A stretch of 64,000 bases of DNA from Polymyxa betae A26-41 (lineage: Eukaryota; Protista; Endomyxa: Phytomyxea). A program made the translations under genes and the position numbers. How positions within the stretch are numbered: the stretch's first letter is position 1; every line of letters begins with the position of its first letter. The notes under the pieces are model-generated. The model saw only the letters and a list, made by a program, of their open reading frames with translations, was not told the DNA's origin and made no database searches. The DNA lies in contig RBZT01000656.1 of NCBI GenBank assembly GCA_003693705.1, positions 1-64,000 on the forward strand. The letters are read 5' to 3'. Below, piece after piece: positions 49,643 to 60,402 of this stretch.

Positions 49643-50485
49643 TTAGAAAGATGCATCGGCTTCGTCATAATCAGTAGAACTCTGATCATCATCACGACGA
49701 TATGATAAGAACACTGGGCTTTCATTGTCAGGTTGGTCAGCGTTGAACAACTCCAGATTCGCTTCCGTAAAAATTCCTGATTCTTCTGGCAGTGCATTAC
49801 TATCTGGCAGTGCATTACTGATGCAGGTTTGCTGAGTCGGCCTTAACAACAGAATGCTTTCGAGCTCCTCCAGCGAGTCAAAAATCTGAGCAGTTTTGAG
49901 CTGTAGATTTCCCATAAAACCAGCGGCTTCTTGGTCATATTCTTCAAGATGCCTTCTTAGATTTCCAACATCAATTAAACGATGAAGGGGCTCAGCAGTA
50001 CCTGAGTACTGGTATGGTGGTGCTAACTGGTATGGTGGTGCTACAGGAGGACATCTACGTGCTACACAGTATTTCAGTGCATTCTCGTTGTGCAACTGGT
50101 AAAGTGCAAACCAGGCGTCGTATAAATCTGCAGATTGCGATGCGAATTTCAGTAAACTCAGGTAACAAGACCAATCGTTCCATGATAACGGAATGCGATG
50201 TCGAGGCTTTGCTGGTTGCTCCATAAAAATTGAATAAAGAGCGAATATAAGCCAGGATAATAACACTCGTTTCTCATAGGGATTCAAATTCAGCAATAGA
50301 TCCAAACAATGGCAGAAAATCCGCTCAAGAAACTGGTCAAGCGGTTCCTGATCAAGGCGAATCTCGAACAGCAGCGGCAGGTTGGTCTTACGCCAAGCTG
50401 AACGAAATGTCTCAAACGAGGAATCCTGGGCCGTGTCGGCCTGGGCCATGAACGAATCGATCATCTGCAGGACGACCTCGTCCAT
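49643..50485 (-). CDS. SNAPC1: snRNA-activating protein complex subunit 1 (SNAP43)-like
   Basis: SSFETFRSAWRKTNL...LIFALYSIFMEQP...RIPLSWNDW matches the SNAP43 N-terminal pattern. Confidence 0.7.
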   Translation of the reverse strand: MDEVVLQMIDSFMAQADTAQDSSFETFRSAWRKTNLPLLFEIRLDQEPLDQFLERIFCHCLDLLLNLNPYEKRVLLSWLIFALYSIFMEQPAKPRHRIPLSWNDWSCYLSLLKFASQSADLYDAWFALYQLHNENALKYCVARRCPPVAPPYQLAPPYQYSGTAEPLHRLIDVGNLRRHLEEYDQEAAGFMGNLQLKTAQIFDSLEELESILLLRPTQQTCISNALPDSNALPEESGIFTEANLELFNADQPDNESPVFLSYRRDDDQSSTDYDEADASF

Positions 50486-50702
50486 TGTGGCAGAGACGCC
50501 ACAATAGTCATTGTGCTATATAACTGCGTCGCCCATTCTCTACCATCAAGCAAGTACTCTGTATTATTGAGGTTGGGGTCTTGGGGATCACCCCAATCCA
50601 TCAATCTCGACATTGCAACAACATTGAACGCAGCCCTCTCATTTGACACCCCCGCGTCTTTAACTGCCATTACGAGACGTCTCTGGCTGTCATTTGATAA
50701 CG

Positions 50703-51439
50703 ATGACGACGCCGTCGGGCAATGGCGTGCTGACTCTGTCGTCGTTGTCGCTGCTGTTCTCAGAAATGGTGCAATACGGTTTGGCGCGAGTCTCAGGCAC
50801 TGGTGAGCTGGAGGCTCGCCTATCAGCGATGGTCAAGCGTAATCTGTTAATTGTTTGATCGCTCTGAGAGTTTGTTAGGGCGAAAGGGTCGGGTCCAGAG
50901 CGTTAGATTTGTTCGCCTGCAGAGGAGATCCGGAGCCATCTTCTTCAGGGCCGACTTTAATTCGTCGTACTCGGCCTAAAAACACGAAGCTTTTGAGGAA
51001 GCGTCCGTTAGACCTTGTATCTATTCTCAGTTTTATTCACACGAACATATGGCAGGTTGTGTAATAATCAAGCAGCGCTGCTCCATTATTGACTTGCCTT
51101 AGGGATTGTTCAACCATGTCGCTGATCGATTAGAAAGATCTACAGAACGGTCTGACGAATGTAATTTTTCCTGTGTAGCTCGAAACTTCGCGAAACTAAT
51201 CAGCTGCAGATTATATTTATGATTCGAATGTCATTGTAAACCGGTTTATATCGGTACCAAAAGAGATGGGCGCCATGAACTGTGCAGCTTTTGTTGCCGG
51301 TATCATTAAAGGCGTGTTAGACACAGCTGATTTCCCAGCTTCGGTCGATGCTCATTTTCCTTCTGAAGAGGATCGCAGTACGACCATTTTCGTAATACGA
51401 TTCGCGCCGCATGTGGTCCAGCGTTTCCAAAAGCAATAA
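50703..51439 (+). CDS. TRAPPC5: TRAPP complex subunit 5 (Trs31); missed by the ORF track
   Basis: Spliced reading LSSLSLLFSEMVQY...ELEARL|GERVG...ILSFIHTNIW|...ADRLERS|...VNRFISVPKEMGAMNCAAFVAGIIKGVL. Confidence 0.9.
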
Positions 51440-51899
51440 GGCCAAAAAAATGAAAAATTTACAAAATTGATGTAGGTGCTTCGAGCGTTAACGAAATGTT
51501 AGCTGTGCTTCATGTCGATTACGATGTCGCCATTAGTCAGGTGTAAGTTCACCTATCGCTATGTCACCATTTTGTTGGGACTTCGCCTCAGTGTTGCACT
51601 TCACATTGTTTCGATTTTCTGGCATCGCCCTGAATGATTCGCGACAATCGCCTTGGGTTATCATTTCATCATGGTTCAATCAATAGCCACACTTCGTGAT
51701 GATTTGGGAACAATTTATTACCAGACCGCATTCGTTATACAGTTACTGTTGTTATTTGTGACATCAGCGATATTAATTGGATGAAAGTCGCTGAAGTAAC
51801 CACCAGATTAACTCATCTGGTGACTTTGCAGCGAATCTCTGAGATGATGGTCATTGTTGGTGCTTTGCCGAGATCCGCTTTGAGATCCTTATTTTAAAA

Positions 51900-53120
51900 T
51901 GGCACATGAATTTAATAGAGATCATGACAACGTTAGAAATCTTCGGGATGCGACCTGCAAGCTCTGGCCACACGCTGGGCTATGTTGACCACACCAATTA
52001 ATCATCATCTGTGCCATTTAGGAACATCTCGTTTGCAATGGGTCTGGTGCCTCACCGGTATCGCGGTTTCCGCTTCTCGAACTCTCAAATACTGCTCAAG
52101 CTGAAGCAGCTTCTTTGCATACTTTAATGCCAACGTGTCAATGCGAGTTACGGCATCAGGTGGGATATTCTGAAGATGGGGGACCTTCTGAATTTATTCT
52201 GATCGTCTGCTTGACACCTCGTTCGCATCCGAATAGTACCTAAAATGGAACACACAGCTCGAATTCATATTTGTCGTTGAGCTGATAGCCAGCTTTGGAA
52301 CTCCGAATCGAACGAGAGAGTTCCAATTGGCAAAAATCTGGTCTTAGATGCCGCTTGGCTGTCGGCGAAGATTTTATTGAAGGTTTCAGCAACCCGTTCG
52401 TTATATGTGAACTTTCCAACAACGGTTCTGCAGCGAATTTCACCAAAAACCGTGCGTCAACAGCCTGCTGAAAATACCCAGTTCTTTGCGAGACTTCATT
52501 CCCTGAGGTCTTGGTCAAGCCAAAATCTACAAGGGACGCCTTGTGAGGGAACTGATTGAACGTATCCAGGACGGCATCAGACCAACAAATCCAGGGCGAC
52601 GCAAATGACACCACGACCATAAAGCGAGCTCAATGATGCCTTCATGCTAACGAACGCGCCAACTGTCTGTAACTTCAAATTTTCAGGCCGATTACAACAA
52701 ATCAAAGCCAGCCATAACACTTGAAAGTTTCGTCTTTAGGCGAGAATTTCAAAACTCGATGTCTTGGAATTTCTTCGTATTTGAAGGCGCCTGGACCTAC
52801 GGATGTAATCTTGATAATGGCCTTCTGCTAAAGGTGACACCACGATCATCGGATATCTTCAACAAACTGACGGATTCATTCCAATCCACCTGGAGGCGAA
52901 GCTGGGAGGTGAACTTCCAGCCCGCCACAGCGCGAAAATCGACTGGATTGGATTTGGCTCGTTCGTTGATTGTCATCAAGTATCACCAGGCAGTGCATAG
53001 TGATCGAGATCCTCGTCAGACCATGTTTCGCCCCTTATCAGGAGACAGGACAGCATTGATGCGACGCCCACACATGATTTCGCCGATCAATCGGACGACT
53101 TCTCCATGCCCGACTTTGGT
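51900..53120 (-). pseudogene. Possible decayed gene of unknown family
   Basis: Protein-like minus-strand fragments interrupted by stops and frameshifts, with no consistent splice pattern. Confidence 0.25.
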
Positions 53121-53271
53121 TTGCATAGCACTAGTTCAATACAGGGTCAATCACTATTGAGCTGCTCATTGCGAGTGTCGAATGCTGCATTATGTACGAC
53201 GCCGATCAATGTACCATACAGAATCACCACGTCAAACCCGAACGTTTTATTGTCAATGAAGGACACAGAAT

Positions 53272-53781
53272 TCATCGGGTAGGAGTCGGAGCTAATGACC
53301 ACGATGTGGTCACTCTGATGCCAACATCGATGCCAAGGTCAGTTGCTGCTCGATAAACAAAAATGGCAGCCACCACCCAGAGACAGATCGCGACCACCAG
53401 CTGAGCAGTAACAGTCGGGTCATAGTCTTCGATGGCAAGGAAAACGGTAGCACTTATCATGGCGACGAAGCAGAACAAAGCGAGCCTGGAGGCCAGACCT
53501 GCGGAAGAGGCACATTCCTGCTTCCAGAGCTTGCGGGCCAGAAACAGAAACGCTGCTGCAGCAATCGCATTGATTCCGATCAGTGCTTGTTCCCATTTGT
53601 TATAACGTCTCGAGAACGAATTTGACGAATCTATCTCTGACCATTGCTCATCACTCAATAGGGATAACCATATCATACAGGCAAGGCAGATAGCACCATT
53701 AATAAGGATAAACCAGGCTGTAATCTTCAATCCTTTACGGTTGCAGGCCGTAATCTTCAATTCTGTTTGGTCGCAGTCCAT
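53272..53781 (-). CDS. Small 4-TM membrane protein, unknown function
   Basis: Intact 169-aa ORF with four hydrophobic segments. Confidence 0.7.
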   Translation of the reverse strand: MDCDQTELKITACNRKGLKITAWFILINGAICLACMIWLSLLSDEQWSEIDSSNSFSRRYNKWEQALIGINAIAAAAFLFLARKLWKQECASSAGLASRLALFCFVAMISATVFLAIEDYDPTVTAQLVVAICLWVVAAIFVYRAATDLGIDVGIRVTTSWSLAPTPTR

Positions 53782-53944
53782 GATACAGATCTGAATGTCA
53801 TGACGACCCAGGACCCCGATTTGTCACAATGTATCAATCCACGAATTATTCGATTATTATCAATCAACGAATCAATCGCTTCAAACGCTGTTTGTTGTTT
53901 CCATATGCTAACCGTGATCAAACACATAATCTGTTGTTATAGTG

Positions 53945-56311
53945 TGGTGGAACGAGGTGGAAAGAAAAAATGCGTGAAAATTTAGACCTGCACAATCTGC
54001 GCGTAGATTAATCGTTCTTAAAAGTGATCGACATCAATCTGATTATTGGCAGCTGGCGAGAATGAACATGAATCGATAGCGTCTGTCTTACAATGCGAGC
54101 CCTTCCATTTTGAATGTTTTACCTGTGGTCCCCAACGTCGCAAAAATTCATCATGTGAAGCACCACAATGGTTTTGAAAACAAAACATGATCGGCTGAAC
54201 TGATCGAATCCAAAACTGGCGGCATTTGTCTGTGAGTAAACTAGAAAGCGAGCACTCGCTATCACCATCAGAACGAATGCGGATGATTTTACCGTATGCC
54301 GATTCGATCAGTTTCAACTTTTCTTTTCCGTTGGTACATTTCCCGATCAGTTCTCTTTCCTGAACGTCGAACTCTCCTTCACGGCGCATTCTCTTCTCCG
54401 GGCGATCCTGCTTATCATAGTGTTAAATAAATTATGATATAAATATAGTTCACCTTATTCTTACTGTCACGACTTCTGGTTGATGCTCTGGAATTGCCGG
54501 GGCCGGGGCACTCTCTGTTGTGTCGTTTTCTACAATGTCCGAACCATGCGCGGCTGAAATAGCTCGCTCAACCACACATTGCAGTTTTTGACGCAAATCT
54601 GGACAAACTATCTGAGAGATCAGACTTGTGAGCTCTGCAGCGATCGTCCCTGAAAACACGTGACGTAAAATTGCATTTTCCAATGCAGCGGCATTATTTG
54701 TTTGACTTTGTGTGCTAACATTCTTACGAGTCATATCTCTCACAAAATCAGAAGCCAGCCTTTCAATCGGCTTATCACCAGATCCCGAGTTGATGTTTAG
54801 CGAAACAGCTAGTTGTAGGTGCTCAACGAATATTGGTCGCCAAGTTGGTTGCGATATCATTAACTGATTGCTACGAAAATTGAATCAACCATCAACTCTC
54901 ACATAAACATTTTGCAAAAAATTTACCCGTTGTTCTTGGCTATCTCCAGCAGCGTAAGTGAATCCTTGTATCTTAGACTGACGTCATGAGATTTATGTCT
55001 TGCGGACGCCATCAGTTCCAAATCACTGGCTCCACACCAAGATGCTAGTAGGTATGCAGTTTTCGTAATGAATGTGTACCCCAGGGTCCATGGCGGCCAG
55101 TCACTTTAAGAAATAACTTCTTCAAACGAAAATTGAAAGTGGAATATGGGATCGGAATGTCGCGGTTGTTTAAATCAGGAAATAACAACTGACCTTCTTT
55201 AATTCCAGCTAGATGAACATACGCGAGAAGGTGGCGTAGAAGGCACAGTTCAGGAATATCGTCATCTCTCCAAATGCATAATGTGACTGGTTCTTTGTCC
55301 GATTTTCCTTTCATACGAACAGCTACCATAGATGCCACGCCTTCAATGTCAAAAGTAGTCAATTCTCGTATGAATCGGCACTCGCCGATCCCGAATTCGG
55401 CTGCTTCTCCGTCTCGTAGGAAGAGCTTAATGTCAAATAGAATATGCACATATTCTTGCCACCCATCTAATGTATTTTCTGACAATAAATGCTTTCGTAA
55501 TCTCATCAGCTCATCAGGAGACAATGGGGAGTCTCCTTGAGCGCGGTACCCTTCACGATCTGCTCGCCCCTGTTTTACACAGTCCACAACCTGTAAAGAC
55601 AGGCAGACATTACCTTGCGTGAAGAGACGAGGCTTTCCAAGATGATGAAGGCAACCTATCTTCTCATCACGTCGGAAAGAATCCCAACAGTTACTGCATG
55701 GTTCTTCATACGCTCCGGTGTGATTGCGCTGCTGGTGAAGGCATGCAATTGCGGAGCAGAACTGGGTTAAAATAATAGGAGCTTTCCAGGAGCAGCTTGC
55801 TAGGATCTCACAGTTAGTAAAACAATTTAAAAGGCGGTTAGATCGTGATGTTATGGGCTCTCCTGCAGGTTCTGTTTTCCATTTGATGAATGAGCAAATG
55901 GAATCCGCACTAATTGAAGGGCAGAATCCTTCTGGTGCATCCTCGGATAGCATGATTAACGATTGCCAATCACCTATAATAATTAAAAAATCTTGAAGCG
56001 ATTTGAAATGACACGAATATTGGGCTTTGCTCAGATCTTTCAAAACGCGACTGCCAGTCAACGAGCGCCGCCCTCCATGCACCAATTGCATGATTTGCAG
56101 CAATTTTTCGACTTCTTCTTGGGCTGTCTCCTGCATGGCCTCGGTAATCACAAGTCTGGTAGCGCGACCTCGCTTGAGACGCATTGATTCCATTTTGAAC
56201 GGCATGTCAATTTCGCGCCTACGAGACACAGACGCGGGCGCAGCCTCCTGCGTGGCATCCCCACGCACTCTCGGGATTGCGGTGATGGAACTGGTGGAAC
56301 GTGGTGGAAAG
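53945..56311 (-). mobile_element. Crypton-like tyrosine-recombinase DNA element (coding region about 56205 to 54018, two introns, one frameshift)
   Basis: Catalytic set R (LFLRDGEA), K (KGKSD) and HxxR (HSLRK), then in the shifted frame H (SARH) and Y (LRYK). No RT nearby and no TIR. A 20-bp direct repeat lies at both ends. Confidence 0.8.
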
Positions 56312-56843
56312 GTGGTGGAACCTATCATTTTTGCCGTATACTTTTCGCGTTGACGAGATTGTTATCAAATACTTCATCAACAGCAAGCTCGCTATGTTTT
56401 TTCACATCAGATTTCCATACGACGTTCCTGGAATTCTAGATATTGACCTTGTTCTACAGGCCTTGGTGGGCTCCATTCGTAACGAAATCTCAAACTCCTG
56501 TACCAGAAATATAAATACAGAAATTCAGATGACAATGGAGTCGTATAATGGTATTGTTTCGTGCACTTAATTCATATCGTGAAACAGCCCTTTGCGGCTG
56601 GAAGTTTGAAACAGCGAGCCATCGCTCGGTCGTCATTTGTATAGACTACGAACAGAAATAGCAAAACAATCGTCACGACGTGAAATCAGCGATAAGTTGA
56701 ACTGTCCAAAAGCACGATCAATACAGTGAAGGAATGATGGGGCGGCAGGGGCGCCCCAATCCTTATTGATCGCTCAGCGATTGAATGGTTCAATCGGGGC
56801 CTGAGAGGCTTCCAGCATCTACATCGATGTCCGCGTCTGAATG

Positions 56844-57656
56844 TCACCAACGTTGGAAACCTTCCTCAGGATTCAGGTATCGCCATTGTCCAGGAGCCAA
56901 ACCTCCCAATAATGCATTCCCGATTCGTGTTCGGCACAGGCTGATGACATCGCAGCCGATGCTTTTCATCATTCGTCGAATCTGACGATTCCGGCCTTCG
57001 GTCAGGACGAAGCGCAGCGTTCGATTGTCCAGTCGGTCGATTCGGCAGGGTTTGATCGGGCGTCCATCTAATATTAGCTTTCCTGATCTCAGGAAATCCA
57101 GTCTCGAATCGGTTGGAAAACGCCCTCTATACTGAACATCATATTCCTTCTCGATCTTGGAATCAGGACCAATTAGACGTCGAGCTACGACTCCATCGCT
57201 TGTTAACACCAACAGGCCATGAGAATCCTTATCCAGGCGGCCACAAACTGCTAAATCAGCATCGATATCAATGTCTAATCGATGCTTTTAGAAGAGCGAT
57301 GGTAATATGCAAACATCTGCTAACATGCTCGGGCTGGAATCTCTCCCTTCTCCTGTAAAATCTGATCAGAATATGTTCGAGAAGAGCAGAAGATGTAGTA
57401 CAGGTTGTGAGCTGACAATGCCAATTGGTTTATGGAAGAGAAGGGTGATGAGTTGTTGTCGTTGAGCGAGAGCATCGCGTTCTACAACGACATGCTGGCC
57501 GGGCTGGATTCGGGTACCCAACTCTTTGACCACGACGTCATCGACCAGGACCCAACCAGCAGCTATGTAAACATCTGCTTCACGCCTGGAGCAGATTCCA
57601 AGCGATGCCAGATGCTTGTTAAGGCGGACACCGAACGGCATCATTGTGGCTCGCAT
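56844..57656 (-). CDS. Bacterial-type rRNA pseudouridine synthase (RsuA/RluB/RluF family, S4 domain)
   Basis: Motifs VRLNKHLASLGICSRREAD, HKPIGIVSSQP, GRLDKDSHGLLVLTSDG, EKEY and LTEGRNRQIRRM; one intron. Confidence 0.9.
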
Positions 57657-57852
57657 TTCGGATCGGGAATCCTCATGAAACCCTAAACCCTCACAACCCA
57701 AGCACCATGTATTCCTTAACAGCATTCGAAATGGCTGCTTGGAGTTAGGCGGTTTCGTGTTAATCAAGAATAGAGGTCAGGTGCGATTCTGGTGGCCAAT
57801 TGTCAAATAGAGATCTCGTTCCTGAAGAATATGTTATATGATGTATAGATTT

Positions 57853-60402
57853 CTATCTACTAATTGGGTTGCTCATATGTGTACTGCTTAATTGATCATC
57901 AGTGTAGTCCCCTGATTCAGACTTTGGCAGAGACCGAGTCACTTGGTATTTTTTCATGGTAAAATCCCCAACAGACAAATTCATATGATGGGGATCGTCA
58001 ATAGACATACTTTCCCTGTAACCTGGCATATGATCATGCATCTGAGCTGACAGTTGCGACCATTTCTCCCGAAGAACACCATGCTTCTCCTATGGTTTCT
58101 TTCAAAACCTGCAAACCCATAACCACACATCAGGGGAACAAACCTTTTCGAACTTGTAGGTAGCCTGGATGGCGTACTGCTTCATGGAACGGAGCGCCTC
58201 AGGGAAGTCTCGTAAGATATTGTCAAAAGAAGCTTTTGAGAGAGAGAACAATTCGCAATTGGTAACTGCAATGACGCTTGCTGTCCTTCTCAAAGTCAAA
58301 AGTAATGCCAGCTATTTCGAATGTGAACGGAGACAAAGGGTTTGATACATCCAAGACGTACCTCCCCGAAATACTGCCCGGCTTCCAGTGTCGTCAATGT
58401 CCTTCCTGTACTATCCACAGCTTTCACTGTCACAGAGATTATTTACTAAACGAATAGAATTCGAGCATTATCATACCCTTGCCGCGGCGGATGAAATACA
58501 TCTCGTAACCAACTTCGCCATGGTGAATAATACAGTCACCTTTAGCCCAAACTTGGCTGGTGATGTTCTTCAAAAGGTTCCTAACACACATTGAGATCGC
58601 AACACGACAAGTTCAATTGAGGTTAGCTAACCTCAGAAATGGGTCCCCGATTCCGTTTAAGAACGGGACATTGCTTATGATAGTCTTGTTTAAGAACATT
58701 TGAACTTCAAGAATCAAGGCCGGGGATAACCCGTTCAGAATCTGGCTATAGCCCGTGAACGATGTAACACCCAAGTGAAGGTAATAGAAACGATATTGCC
58801 CTTCAATTCTGGATATGAGATCTGCAGGAATCTTCTTTTTCCTGCAAAAATTGTCACTTATGGTGAAAACGATTTGGGTTGTGCGACCTGAGGAAATTCC
58901 CAACCAATTCCAGTTTGTTTCGAAATTCAGCATCGGAAATGTCGATCTTTAAGAAAAAAGAGGAGATCTCACTAATGAGGAAGGCAATCAACGACGAAGA
59001 ACAGGACATCGCGACAATGGCGAAGACTTTCTCCTAGAAGTATAGGCTAAGAATTTTCACTACGTTCTGATATTGAAGTTCAATCACCATGAGAGTGATG
59101 GCATGGTAATCGCCATAACCGACCCCCGAGGTGATAGTTATGGCGAAGTACAAGCAACTAATATAGAGCTCCGACCACGAGGTCGTAGACAGATCCAGAT
59201 TCACGCCACTTGGATTCACACTATATGGATCGTTCAGCCATGTGCCTTGATTTGGATCGCCATTAACAGCCATATACTTTATCAATCAGCACAGTTGAAT
59301 AAGAGTGGACATCAATATGGTACCATCCAAAGGCAGCAGGATAGGTGAATACCGATAAGAACAAAGAAGATCATCTTCACGAATTGAAATGTAGCGTGTG
59401 AGAGGCGCCATAGCAACCGATTCAAGATCTCATTAATACGTGGAACACATGCCATCCTCAATATGGCGATGTTCTGAGAAACTGGATTAGGCAAAGATCC
59501 AGGTCTGATTGGCGCACCGACCTGACGACGCCAAAACATGGCGAACGAGTTGGTAGACATGGGAACAGTATTAAAGCTGAATACGCTTTCATATGGAAAT
59601 ACCACCACCAGGTCAATTAGCAACCAGGTCCGAACATAATGGCTGGCGATCACGCCGTAGCTGAAGACGACGCCCTCGACGCCTTCATAACCAGTCACAA
59701 GGGTGACGGCGATATTGAAGACGTAGATAATCGTCATCACGAACGTTGTCGTCACATGCCCAGGCGGGGCGGCGGTTGTTAGTGCCAGCCGCAGAGGCGT
59801 GAAAAACTAACCGGTTTTTAGACATGAGGTTAAATCAGAAAGCTGCAACATAGCAAAAAGGATGCGATCAATTTAGGGAATACATCTTCATCCTCGAATA
59901 CAATGCAAAATTTGTAAAAAATGAACACGATTACAGTGAAATACAAGACGGCGGTCATGATGAAAATGTCCCAAATGCAGCGATAGGTGGCTTTCGGGTT
60001 CAGGAACGGGCGCCCATTCTGGAACACGATTTGGCGGGCAGCTTGGGTCCGGCCGTTATTAGATTCGTCGGCCAGGGCGAATAACGACCTGATCGACGAT
60101 TCCGTGCTCGTCGTTGAGCGCATCGACGACCTGGCCTGTGTCGCTGTTCGCGACTGTAAGAGGAGGCGTCCAGGGGCCTCATCGTTCACATAACTGAAGA
60201 CATGACGATCGACTGCAGGCGAAGCGTCTTCGTTGGCTTTGGAATTATTCGAAGCGCACGTCATCGAGCCGACATCCGACGACGAACACCGTTTGGCGAC
60301 CAGCTTGGACAAAGCGCTCCATTTAACGATTGCTTCGAGTAGATTGGAATCCAGCGGGCGTTTAGGATCAGCGCCAGCGATTTCTTCGGTGCCGTCGACC
60401 AT
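57853..60402 (-). CDS. Second cyclic-nucleotide-binding-domain cation channel; multi-exon
   Basis: WDIFI S1, pore ITSGVGYGD, C-linker LSPALILEV, CNBD GEVGYEMYFI / YFGE / RRTASVIA. Confidence 0.85.

Noticed and set aside
49784-49819. 18-bp tandem repeat in SNAPC1
   Set aside because: An in-frame coding micro-duplication in a disordered tail.
55055-55070. Programmed -1 frameshift in the recombinase
   Set aside because: There is no X XXY YYZ slippery heptamer; a mutation or homopolymer error is simpler.
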